64,000 nucleotides of DNA from the human T2T-CHM13v2.0 reference genome, Homo sapiens: NCBI RefSeq assembly GCF_009914755.1, contig NC_060932.1; one strand, given 5' to 3'. The position numbers and the translations under genes were made by a program. Under the pieces are notes generated by a model. That model was not told the DNA's origin and did no database searches. It was given only the letters and a program-made list of their open reading frames with translations. Positions 32,044 through 45,620 of the stretch are shown here, in pieces (position 1 is the stretch's first letter; each line of letters begins with the position of its first letter).

Positions 32044-34588
32044 GACTCTGGAAAAAGAAGAGCACACTAAATCTATAGCTAGCAAAAGGACAGAAATAAT
32101 AAAAAATTACAGCAGCAATTAATGAAACAGAGAATAGAAAAACAATAGAGAAAATCGATGAAACCAAAAGCTGTTTTTTTAAAAGATCAACATAACTGAC
32201 AAAGCATTAGTTAGACCGACCAAGAAAAAAAAAAAAAAAAGACTCAGATTATTAGAACCAGAAATGAAAGAGGGGACATTACTACCAATGCTACAGAAAT
32301 AAAAGGAATTACAAAGAATATGATGATAATTGTATATCAACAATTTAGATAACTTAGATGAGATGGACAAATTCCTAGAAAGACACAAACTACTGAAACT
32401 TACTCAGGAAGAAATAGACAATCTGAATAGACCTGAAACAAGTAAAGAGATTAGTAATTATTTTAAAAATTAGCTAAACTGGATTTCATCAAAATTAAAG
32501 ACTTTTGTGCTTGAAGATGCATTAAAATCAAAGCACAAAACTGGTTATATTTCTACACAAAGAATAATCTGTAATAGACAATCTGAAAATAAAATCAAAC
32601 AAATATTTGCAATCACATCAAAACAATAAAATAGTTAATAATAAATTTAACAAAATAAATGCAAAAGTTATACATTGAAAACTACAAAATGTTGTTGAAA
32701 GATATTAAAGAAGCTGTGAATAAACAGAATAGCATCTCATATTTATGGATTAGAAAACTTAACAGTGTTTAGATAGCAGTACTCCTCAGATTGACGTACA
32801 GTGCAATCCCTATCAGAATCCTGGTGTCTTCTTTGTAGATACTGACAAGCTGATCCTAAAATTCATATGCAAGGGTCCCAGGATAACCAAAACAGTCTTG
32901 GAAAAGAGGAACAAAGTAGGAGGGCTCACATCTCCTGATTTCAAAATTTACTACAAGGCAATGGTAATCCAGAAAGTGTCGTGTTGAGATGAGGATAAAA
33001 ATGTATAGATTAATGGAATAGAGTTAAAAGTCCACAAATGAACTAATACACCTATGGTCAACTGATTCAATGAGGGTTACAAAACCATTCGGTGGCAGCG
33101 GAGGTGAGGGTAGGAGGGGAAGAATCGTTTTTCAACTCATGGAGCTGAGACAGTTGAATAGCTACACGCAAAAGAATGAAGTTGGAAACTTTCCTACGTG
33201 CAAAAGAATCAAAGTGGAACCTTTCCTTACCTTTCCTTACATATCCAAAAATTAACTCAAAGTACTAAAACTATAAAATTATCAGCAGAAAACTTAAGGG
33301 TAAATTGATACACCTTTGGATTTAGCAAAGGATTCCAAGACATAAACTTTTTCAAAGCACAGAAATGAAAGAAAAAAGTAGATAAATTGTATTTCATAAA
33401 AATTAAAAACTTTTGTGCTCAAAGATGCCATTAAGAAAGGGGAAAGACAACCCAATTGTACTGAATGAAGTTCAATTTATCTATTAGCTAATTTTTACAT
33501 ATAATGTAAGGTAAGGCTCAACTTCATTCTTACAAGTCAATAATAAAAAGACAAATAACCCAACTTAAAAATGGGCAAAAGATCTGAATATACATTTCTT
33601 CAAAGAAGATGTATAAATGGCCAACATATGAAGAGATAGTTGATGTTATTAGTCATCAGAGAAATGTAAATCAAAACCACAAGAAAATAACACTTCACAG
33701 TCACTAGAATGACTACAATAATAAAGTCAGATAATTATAAGTGTTTCTAAGTATATATCAGAATCCTCAAACATTGCTGACAGAAAAGTAAAATGCTTCA
33801 GCCGCTTTCAAAGAAGTCTGACAGTTGGTCAAACAATTAAATATACAGTTACCATAAGACCCAGTAATTCCACTATGGGTACATAACTAGAAGAAATTAA
33901 AACATATTTCCACAAAAAATGTGTACATAGACATTTATAGCACATTTATTTATAAGGCACAAAAGGTGAAACAACCCAAATATTCATCAACCTACGAATG
34001 AATAAACAAAATGGGACATAATCATGCCACGGAACACTATTCAGCCATTAAAAGTAACCAAGTACTGATACATGCTATTACTTACCACATCCCACATAGA
34101 CCTAGAAAATATTATGCTAAGGGAAGGAAACCAGCCACCAAAGACTACATATTATCATTCCATTTGTATGGAAGTCCAGAATAGAGAAACCGACAGAAAC
34201 AGAAAATAGATTAGTGGTTGCTGAAGGCAGGTGATGGTAGTGGGGATGGGAAACTGTTTAAAAATGAACAAATATTTTGACAATTCACCAAAGAAAAAAT
34301 GTTGTTGGGAAAGAAACATATGAAAAGATGCTCAACATAATTTGTAATATTATATAGGTTAAAATAAAAAGACCAACTTTATTGTTAGCAAAGATTTAGA
34401 GCAACTAGAACTCCCAGACATCGTTGGTGGGGATGCCAGATGGTACAGCCACTTTGTAAAACAGTTCTGCAGATTCTAGTAAAGTTAAACTTACATGTAT
34501 CTAGGACCCAGATTTTCACTCTTAGGAATTTTACCCAAGAGAAATGCAAAATATCGACGCAAAACCTACAGTAAATATTTAGAGCAGC
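29900..34588 (+). mobile_element. Nested/rearranged L1M cluster (ORF2 endonuclease, partial RT and 3' regions; dead)
   Basis: EN-domain sequence (ctaatatcagacaaaatagactttaaagc) at about 31260; older L1 at 30340-31140 resumes near 34258; many stops and frameshifts. Confidence 0.85.
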
Positions 34589-35452
<864 letters not shown>

Positions 35453-35667
35453 AGTAGCTTTACTTAAAATTGCTAAAACTGGAAAAAATGAAGATGGCCT
35501 GTTACCTGATGAATGGATAAACAAATTATGATACATTCCACACAGTGGACACAAAATCTGAGACACCTCAACACCACTCCCTTACATAATCTTCTCACAC
35601 CAACATGCCTGACACATGTGAGAAGTGAATGGTAAGGCTGGTGTGCATCTTAGAGTCACTGACCTCC

Positions 35668-36134
35668 TGACAAAGATTCTCTCTTTGACCAAACTCTAGA
35701 CAGGCTCCTCTGAGCTCTTTTTCATTCATTCCATGTCCTTGGATGTGTTCTCAAGAGTCCGACTTTAGCAAGAATTCTGCTAAGTTAGTTTAGGCAGGAC
35801 CCTCGATATGTCACCTTTGATATGTGATTGAGTTCCTCATCCTCCACCATCCCTCAGGTGACATCCGATTCGCCTGGCCTGCCTTCAATAAGAATCCTAT
35901 TAGTTGGATTTAGCCAGAATCTCCTCCAACTCTGATGTTTCCTCTTAGTAATTTTCCTTCTGCTGCTAAAAATTGGCTATAAATTCCCAATTGTTCTTGT
36001 TGTTTTTGAAGTTGAGCCCAATTTCTCCTGATTACTGCAAAACTCCATTTAGTACACCTTATACCAATGGTGATGGTCCTGAATAAAGTGTGCCTTACCA
36101 TTTTAACCAGTGTCAGGAATATTCTTCTTTAACA
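35668..36134 (+). mobile_element. Solo ERV1 LTR, MER31-like
   Basis: TG...CA termini (tgacaaagattctc...ctttaaca), TATAAA and AATAAA inside, near-TSD ctcc/ctgc. Confidence 0.75.
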
Positions 36135-36349
36135 CTGCTCATGTTATAGACAGAATACTATCATCTGAAGAGATCAGGTGACTTGCCCAAGTGCACATAT
36201 CTGAGATCTCCTGCTTCTTGGTTTGGTACTTTCCCTACCATACTCCACATTAATCCTTACTGAGTTCCTACTCCTAAGAAAATCATAATGTGAGTGAAAA
36301 TTAATAGCATAAAGCACTATACGGTGGTCTTTCTTTCCCTTAAAGCATG

Positions 36350-36600
36350 AGTTTGAGAGGGCTTTATGGTACAGTCATTAACAACTCAGACTTGGGGACA
36401 AACAGGTACAGTAGCAGGTCCTGGCTCTGCTACTTCCTAATTAAGTAATTCCCTGTGCCCTAGTTCTGCCTTCATAAAATAAAGCTAATAATATCTAATA
36501 TTCAGGGCAGTTGTCAGAATTAAATAGGAATTTCCTGGTAAAATTCTTAGCATGCTAAGTGCTCAGTATCTGGTGGCTATTATCATTCTTGTCACTATCA
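36350..36600 (+). mobile_element. MIR
   Basis: cctggctctgctacttcctaa...ccctgtgccctagtt...ataataatatcta...cagggcagttgtcagaattaaat. Confidence 0.6.
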
Positions 36601-37189
36601 TTATCGCTGGTCTTTATTGAAAATCAGAGCGGAGCTAACAGACCCATGTAGGCCCTTTAGCATCCACTCTTCTGAAAAAGACAATTTGTAGAATGGCACA
36701 CAAGCCTTTTGCTGAAGTTCAAAATCAGCCCAAAGGATGCTTTGTTTAAAAATATAATAATAATTGCTTTGTAAAATACATGTTTGTAGTTGACTGGATT
36801 CAACTGAATTCTACCGATTATTTCAGAAAACAATCAGTTGCATGAATTTTACATCTTAAAATAAGCTAGTCTGTCTCCAGATAGGTAAGGTGGATAGAGT
36901 CTTCAGAACAAGTAAATTTCATCCTTACTTTCCTCAGTTAGGTTATATCACATTTAATGTTTAGTGAGAAGCAAAGATGAGCGTGATCACAAAGTGTTAT
37001 AAAAATACATATAAATTCAAACAATGTATATTTTGGAAGAGAGATAGGGTTTGTATACAATGCAAAATAATTGATTTTACCTAAAATTTCAACCTTTGTA
37101 AATTTTGTCACCTGTGCAGTTGGAATAGAGGTGATTACATTGCCTGCAAACCCTGCCTTTGGGGTTTGCACAGAATCGTATAATAATAT

Positions 37190-37410
37190 CTCATATGTAC
37201 AGAGCGTTTACTGTCTGCTGGTGTTGTGCTGAGCACTTTATGCAAATTAACTTTATGTGCATGAACTTGTGCACATTAATTTTTAAAATCTTCACAGCAC
37301 ACCTGTGAATTAGGCCCCTTATAGTCATTATTTGAACAATTAGGAAATCAAGACACAGAAAAGTTAAGTAATGAGCCCGAGGTGACGTGCGGAATCTAGA
37401 CTCACTCTTG
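37190..37410 (-). mobile_element. MIR
   Basis: cttcacagcacacctgtgaa...ggaaatcaagacacagaaaagttaagtaatgagcccgaggtgac. Confidence 0.6.
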
Positions 37411-38110
37411 GGCCTCCTTAGCAGGGACAGGCTGTGGGTGAAGCCAGTGGGGTCATGGCTGAGGGTGCAGGTCCAGGTAAGGAAGGAGCAGGCTGGGCAA
37501 TTTGACAGCAATTGAAAGACCTTAGAGAAACTTGTCAAAGTAAGATCAGGAGGGCGGGGAGACATAGCAGCCAAGGAAAATAAGGTGGGGAAATCTGTGA
37601 ACCCTTCTTTAACTTAGTAAAGAGAGTGGGGGCGGTGGGGGGAAGCTTATTTGACCTTGGAGAGAAAGGCCTAGTAAAGGGAGGCAGAACACAAGTTTAG
37701 GGAATTACCATTGGAAGGATGCACCTCCTTTGCTGGAGAAAAATCAGGGATCTTAATTAGGCTGCTGCTGCTGAGGTATTAGTGGAGGAATCTCTTTAGC
37801 TCAAGGAGGGCCGTTGCCAGAGGACAAATGGGGGAGCATCCCTTGCATTTAAATATTATATAAATTGCACATGAGTCTCAATCATTCTTACAAAATTCTC
37901 CCTCCATATCCCTCAGTCTCTCCAGTAACAAGTGAAATAGGAGGCAGGGGTTTGCTTACCTGTGTACTTCCCTTGATTGTGATCAGCTTAAGTGGATTCT
38001 ACACTCATTCATTCTACAAATATTTATATTGAAATGTTTACATCCCCCCTCACTGACACACACAGAAACCTTAACAATTTAAAATAAATAATCTCTAAAA
38101 ATCATGTTTC

Positions 38111-38421
<311 letters not shown>

Positions 38422-38608
38422 TCACTTTATAGATGAGAAAAATGAGGCTTCCAGATGTAAAATAACTTGCTCAGGGCCATACAGTAAATTAACCAGGGGA
38501 TTCTAGATGAATGTGAAATTACCCTGGCCCCTGCCCTACCAAAATGCACCCTGGTTCCCACATGCCCCATTTCTACTTCTCTTTATTCTGGTATGAATGT
38601 ACATGTGT

Positions 38609-38612
<4 letters not shown>

Positions 38613-38666
<54 letters not shown>
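38613..38666. repeat. (AC)27 microsatellite
   Basis: Perfect dinucleotide run. Confidence 0.95.
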
Positions 38667-38668
<2 letters not shown>

Positions 38669-38711
38669 CTCTCCCAACTATCCATCCATTTTCAGAAAAA
38701 TCTGAGAGCTG

Positions 38712-38871
38712 CAGAGGCAGATTTGCCATGAAACCAATGAAATTTTAGGCACAGGCATTTCCAAAGCCCTGTATCTCATTCTGCATTTGTATTTCATATT
38801 CTTTTAAAAATATATCCCTGAATTATATCAAGTTCAAATACCCAGAGGCAGCATTCTCTATCCGCCCCCTG
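38712..38871. mobile_element. MER53-like hAT MITE
   Basis: Termini cagaggcagattt / tatccgccccctg; internal ccaaagccctgtatctcattctgcatttgta. Confidence 0.6.
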
Positions 38872-39257
38872 GGAAGCAGGGCTATGGAGGAAGCATGAGT
38901 TACACTTGCTGAAAACTCAGTGGAGCAAATAATGATCAAAGTGAGAGTGCAACCCAGAAGGAAGCAGGGAAAGGACAGAATCAAGGCATCCCTTGGCATC
39001 ACAGGTAGAAAAAGGTGACTCAGCAATCTTGCCCCTCTTTTCCATCACATGAACTTCGTGAAGAAACAGAAGAAAGTTGGCTTGAGAATTGCAGAAGGCT
39101 TCTGATACGTGGGGAAGCTGAGCGGGTCACAAGGAGGATTGTGCATAGGGAGGCAAGGTGGGACAGCCTGGTGGCTCCTCACCAGTTGTGTGCTGGAGCT
39201 GGCTTATACCAGGCTTGAAAAGGCCCGTTGTTAAATTTTTAGAAATCTTGTAAGCCA

Positions 39258-39583
<326 letters not shown>

Positions 39584-39594
39584 TTAAATGCAAC

Positions 39595-40112
39595 TCTTGG
39601 GGCTCAGAAAATGATACCCCAAAATATAGCACTTTGACATGCTGAACTAAAGAAGCAATCTCAAGGTCCCTGATCTCCCCCTCTAAACTAAATGGGACCA
39701 GAGAAAATTGTCTCTCAATCCTCTGTCTCTCCAAAAGTACAAGATGACACCATTCTCTGAAGTTCCCATATCCACCTACAAATGGGACCTACTTCTCAGG
39801 TCCCATTTGGTTTATAAACAGAATCATTTACAATCTAATTTCTGTCTCTTGGGTTCATTAATCTCTCCTAAAATCATTTACTACCCTTCTAAAATTGCTT
39901 ACAGCCCCCTACTTCCTTCTCCCCTATAAAGAGTGTATTTAAGCATCAACCATTTGGTCTTTCTTTAACTCTCATACTTTGTGAGTGGCTTCTGTGTTTA
40001 TGTATGTTAAATGAATTTGTATACCTTTTTTTCCTGTTAATTTGTCTATTGTCAATTCATTTCAACAGACTTAGACTCGAACCTTTGGAGGGAAAGTTTG
40101 AACTTCCCTACA
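39595..40112 (+). mobile_element. Solo ERV1 LTR (MER4-group; MER34/MER39-related)
   Basis: ggggctcagaaaatgataccccaaaata...tttcctgttaatttgtctattgtcaattc...cttccctaca. Confidence 0.7.
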
Positions 40113-41387
40113 TAGCCATCTAAAAATCAAATTATATTAACTTAAAATTAAATAAATTGTATTGAAAACAAAAGTAATAAATACACAGAACTTCTCAATT
40201 CCTAATTATTATGATTTATATCTATGTTTTTACATCTAAATTCTCTACAGGAGTGTGCTACTGTGTATCTCTTCCCAACTCTGTATTCAACAACATCATG
40301 TTGGTGGCTGGAAATCCGCCATCATGGGAGTATTAGCACCAAAGAAATCAACAAACATTACAAATCCGGGCTTGATTTATTGTTTTGTGGATTGTCTAGA
40401 CTTAAGAATGTGACAGAGAAGTGTTAGTAATGCAGATTAAACGTAAAAGCAATCTGTGAATGCTGACATTACCTTGTAAATATCTTAAGAATTGAGAAAT
40501 GTTCTTTCAATATTTAAAAACTGTTATCTGATTTGGCAAAAAATATCACTCATGTCATTTGAGAAACAAGTGAAATTCTGACATTCATCTTCATGATTTC
40601 AGTTTCATCTTACTTGTTAAAGTAAATGAAAATATCAACCAATATTCATGGCAGAATTACACAAGGAGAGTAGACTGTATTTACCAGCACAACACTGGTC
40701 CTAATCTAGGGCCTGCGAGCCCCTTCCTAGGAGGTCTTTGTTCATGGATGATTTATAGAATGTCTATTAAATTACATCTAACACTCGGCATAAAATTTAC
40801 TTTTCTGGAAAGTGGTTCATAGCACTTATCAGATCCTCAAAGAGTATGATTAACAAAGAATTTACAACTCACTGATATAACAGATAATGCATCTGCCTGG
40901 CATTGCAAAATCCAGCTTCACCATTTATTATCTCTAAGAGTTTGGGCTACTTACCTAACTTCTCTGGATCCCATTTTTCACATCTAATAGATGTAGGACC
41001 TACTTCTTAGGTTATAAAAATCAGATAGGGGAGCCCACACAGTAGATGCCAAAACCAAGAAGACACAGATTCCCATCTAGTTACTTCACTGACCATGTGG
41101 TCTTGAACAAATCATTTAAATTGACTCGGTCTCACTTTTCTCATCTGTAAAATGGGAAGATAGGTGTAAGTATTTTTCAAATTATTTTAGTTTGCAGAAC
41201 TTTTCTTCAAATGAAATCATACATTTAGAAATAGTATAAGAAAAAAAATTATTGCTTGGAATATGAGGGAAAGAGGAGAAGAGGGAGTTTGCCTTGATGT
41301 CTCTCAGATGCTTCCAGAACATCACTAGTTCTCCATAGAAAAGCATTGAACTAGACTATCTTTAACATACATACAGCGCAGTTCTAA

Positions 41388-41545
41388 TTAGCCAGGCATG
41401 GTGGTGCTCACCTGTAATCCCATCTACTTGGGAGGCTGAGAAACTTGAACTCAGGAGTTCACTTGAACTCAGGAGCCAGTGAGCCAAGATCGTGCCACTG
41501 CACTCCAGCCTGGGCAACAGAGCGAGGCTCCGTCTCAAAAGAAAA
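41388..41545 (+). mobile_element. Alu right monomer with internal 15-bp duplication
   Basis: ACTTGAACTCAGGAG at 41443-41457 and 41461-41475. Confidence 0.8.
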
Positions 41546-42013
41546 CTGCCACCACCAACAACAAACCCATAAAAACCAGTTCTAAAATTATCCGTATTGT
41601 TTTTGCCCTCAGCACTGACAAGAACTCCAGTGACAAGAAGACCAGATGAGAAGTGATGACTCAGCCCAAACCCATCCTACTCTGACCAATAAAGTAATGC
41701 CTGGAGCAGCACTACTGGGAAGGATTCTTTATATCAAAAGATATAAAAACAGAAATGATGGTTTCTGAAGGATATTTGGTTGTTGCTTATTGCCTGAACC
41801 CTCCAGATCAGCCTATCTGTCTAAATGTCCTCTGTTGACTCCATAAGACACAGGAGAATTGCCCAGCAAGGCCTGTCTGAATTCTTGGCCCACAGAATTT
41901 TTAGGTATGATAAAATGGCTGTTGTTTTACATCACTAAGTTCAAAGAAATTTTGCTATTCAGCAAAAGATAAAGAAAACTGGAACAGTAGTGGCTTAATC
42001 AAACAAGTACGTT

Positions 42014-42019
<6 letters not shown>

Positions 42020-42047
<28 letters not shown>

Positions 42048-42328
42048 GAGACAAAGTCTTACTCTGTCACCCAGGCTGGAGTACAGTGGCACGATCTCGG
42101 CTCACTGCAACCTCTGCCTCCTAGGTTCAAGTGATTCTCCTGCCTCAGCTTCCTGAGTAGCTGGGATTACAGGTGCATGCCACCATGCCTGGCTAATTTT
42201 GTATTTTTAGTGCAGACGGGGTTTCGCCACGTTGGCCAGGCTGGTCTCGAACTCCTGACCTCAGGTGATCTGCCTGCCTCGGCCTCCCAAAGTGCTGAGA
42301 TTATAGGCGTGAGCCACCGCACCTGGCC
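42020..42328 (-). mobile_element. Alu (Sx-like)
   Basis: Long poly-T then reverse dimer. Confidence 0.95.
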
Positions 42329-43029
42329 AGGAACTGTAATTTTAAGTAAGAGATGGCTATAGACTTAGGAATGTCTGCAGGGTCCCAGCGAGTGAGGGTG
42401 CTTTTGTTGGCTTCTTGGCCTACAGACTCCTTCAGGAAAAGTTACACTCATTCCAAAGAGCCTCAGCTAAAGCAGGACATGGAGGCTGCCTGGCCTTGCT
42501 ATGGAGGGTAGGTGAGAACACCAGAGGTCAAAGCACTGCAAGTCCTTGACCTTCTGGGTGATTTGGCTTATAAATACAGATCAACAAAATGCTATTTCTG
42601 AACTTCTTGAACAAGTGGAGTCATCCTGGCTGGGTTTTCTCAGTGATAGAGAGAAATGGGGGTGGAGGAGTCATGGCTGGGCATGAAGACCTTCTGGGAT
42701 GTCAAAGCACACAGCTGGGACAGAGTTAGGACCCAGGCCAGGAACAAAAAGAATCTTAAAGTAAGGCAGACCAAACACAGCACTACAACCTTCTACTTGG
42801 CTTGGTGGCTTTGATTCCACTTACTTTTTCCAAGTCTTCCGGGGACCACTAACTGTCTAGACTGACATTCTCTACTCTGTGTCAGGCACGCCATTACTGG
42901 ATGGCATTTGGTTCTCCCTTTGATCTGTTTTAAGAAATATTTGCTAAAAGTGATTTTGCCTATAGAATGATCTTAGAACTAATGAACTGTGCTTTTGTGA
43001 ATCTTGAGAGTTAACTGTGAATTGACACT

Positions 43030-43086
43030 ATTTTATTTTATTTTTTATTTATTTATTATACTTTAAGTTTTAGGGTACATGTGCAG
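43030..43086 (-). mobile_element. Ultra-short L1PA 3' tip
   Basis: ttattatactttaagttttagggtacatgtgca. Confidence 0.8.
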
Positions 43087-45321
43087 TATGTATGTGTTTT
43101 CAAAGGCACAAAACAAACAGCAGCCAAATACTCTATAAATATGGTGTCTCTAATTGGCTTCGAGAATGACGATTTTAAAAGTATTTAAGGCATATCTCAC
43201 AGTGCATTTAAATTATTTCCCTGTTAGCATCTATCACTACCTTTCTTACATTGTGCTAAGTTGTGTGTCTCCACCCTACCATCTTGTGAGCCCCAGAGGC
43301 TCAGCACTGAGCCTCATTCATTTCTGTGTTTCTGCTAGTACTTAACTGAGCACAGATCTAGAAGTTCACCCATGAGGAGCTTCATAAATACCTGATGAAT
43401 TAAAGTGATCTGGCACCTGGTCAACATGGACCATGTTCCATGTTGTCTCCATCTGGCTTCTGTGGACAGCACATATGTCAAGGATGGATGTTATCAACCC
43501 AGCCTGGACACTGTTTATGGCTACAGTGAACATGAACAGGTGGGCAGAATGTCAACAAGCCAAGTTCAAAAATATAGAGAGAACAATGTGTATGGCTGCC
43601 AGTGATCTGGGAATTGTAAGCCATTTAAAGAGATATAATGCTAATTGCCTCATCCAATTACTACAAGGGTTTGAGATAATGCAATTAAATTACCTAGCAA
43701 AGAGCCTAGCTCATTTGCTGAAGTGGTAACATTCTTATTGTAATAATTATTAATACATTAACAGTAATAAGCCACCTGGTATAATAATAGAAGGCTGGAA
43801 AACAACTTGGCCTATAGCAGAGCCAGAAAAATTCTTTTTTTGAATAACAGTATTCTGGATTTAATTATTGGCAACCAACTGGACAAAGGATAGAGCCTTC
43901 TATTAATGGTACTTCCATAAACTCTCGCCTTGGCTGAGGAAATCCTACATGCCCTATAAGATTCAGCTCCATAGATTTGTGTAAAGCCCTTCCCTCATCA
44001 TCTTCTGCTTTCTCTCCCATGGCGGTCATGAACGGCAGCACCCTCTCCAGTTCCAGCTCTGTATATCTAAAGCTGTTGCCAAGCTCCCATCACCCTCTAC
44101 AGTACGTGGTACCTCCAGTTCTTACCAAAGAGAGCCATGTATGCTTAAAGGGGCATTTTATAACCTTGGCATGGATGGACAGAGAAGACAAGCACATTGA
44201 ACATGAAAGGGTCTCCCAAGAGACTCTAATATGCCCACAGCACCAGCCCATTTCTTCTACCTATCCTCTGTCAAAAAGTGCTGATTCACCTTTATATTAC
44301 TATAGCTATTATACATGGTATTATATATAATGTTGATATATATTATATAATTGACATATATTAATTGTATTAATTAAATGATAACTTGACTCAATATAGT
44401 TTTAAAAAAGTTTACTTCTTAGCTAATTTGCAAGTGCAAGTGTCACCCATACTTGATAAATGTATGATCTACAGAAGTCAAGCAGAGACAATATGGAACA
44501 CTGTCCAGGTGCCAAATCAGTTTAACTAGAAAAGCATTTATTGAGCATCTGCTATGCATCTAGGTTTGTGCTGGGCTGGGTGCTAGTGCATGCACCTGTT
44601 CCTGAAAGTGCTTCTTTAAATATTGGGCCCTGGTCCCCTCTTGCCTCACCGTATTTCCTGCAGAGAAGTACTGACCTCAACCCCAGACACTCCTCTCTCC
44701 TCTCTGCATCTGCTGCTGACATCACTGAGAGGTGTGAGGCTCTACATTCCTCCTTCTGACCTCGGTGTATTCTGAATTTCTGCCGTGTATTTCCTAGTTC
44801 CTTTCAGAGCCTCCATGGCATCCCAACCCTCAGGATGAGGAAGGCATAGAGAAAGAGCCGAGTGTGGAATCATTAGAAGTGACAATGAGCTGAAATGTTG
44901 GCTCTCCCATTTAATGCTTGTATGACCATACATAAGTTTCTGTATCTCCCTGACCACATCTATAAAATGAGGATAACAATTCTTCCCCACTAAAGTCAGT
45001 TGTGCAGATTAAGTGAGGTATGTAATGTTTGCCTGAAAAAAAGTCTATTCCCGACACTCACCTCCCAACTATATCCTTTCCCTGCTCCTCAATCAGACCC
45101 AGTCTCAGCTTTCAGGTTGCCCCACCCTGCTCTTTGAAGATTTCAACTTCACCCTAATCCTGGAAGATTTTGTGGCTACAATGCCTGAAAAACCCTAAAG
45201 TTCTCACCCTGGAGTGGGGTGTAATACGCAATGCTGTCTAAGACCTAGAGGTGAACAAAACAAAAAAGATGGCCCCTGTCCTCAAGGGGCTTGTAGAGGC
45301 TTAAAAAAAGGAATAGATAAC

Positions 45322-45620
45322 TGGCCCGGCGTGGTGGCTCACACCTGTAATCCCAGAACTTTGGGAGGCCGAGGCAGGTGGATCACTTAAGGCCAGGAGT
45401 TCAAGACTACCCTGGCAGTGAAATCCCATCTCTACAAAAAATACAAAATGTAGCCAGTCATGGTGGTGCAAGCCTGTAGTCCCAGTTACTCAGAAGGCTG
45501 AGGCAAGAGAATTGCTTGTATCTGGGAGGTGGAGGCTACAGTGAGCCAAGATCGCGCCATTGCACTCCAGGCTGGGTGACAGAGTGAGAGTCTGTCTCAA
45601 AATAAATAAATAAATAAATA
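45322..45620 (+). mobile_element. Alu with (AAAT)n tail
   Basis: Dimer. Confidence 0.9.

Noticed and set aside
30362-33255. L1 ORF2-like peptides (LRKLGIEG..., FSTNGARITG...)
   Set aside because: Fragmented and frameshifted dead L1M; not an active retroelement or domesticated gene
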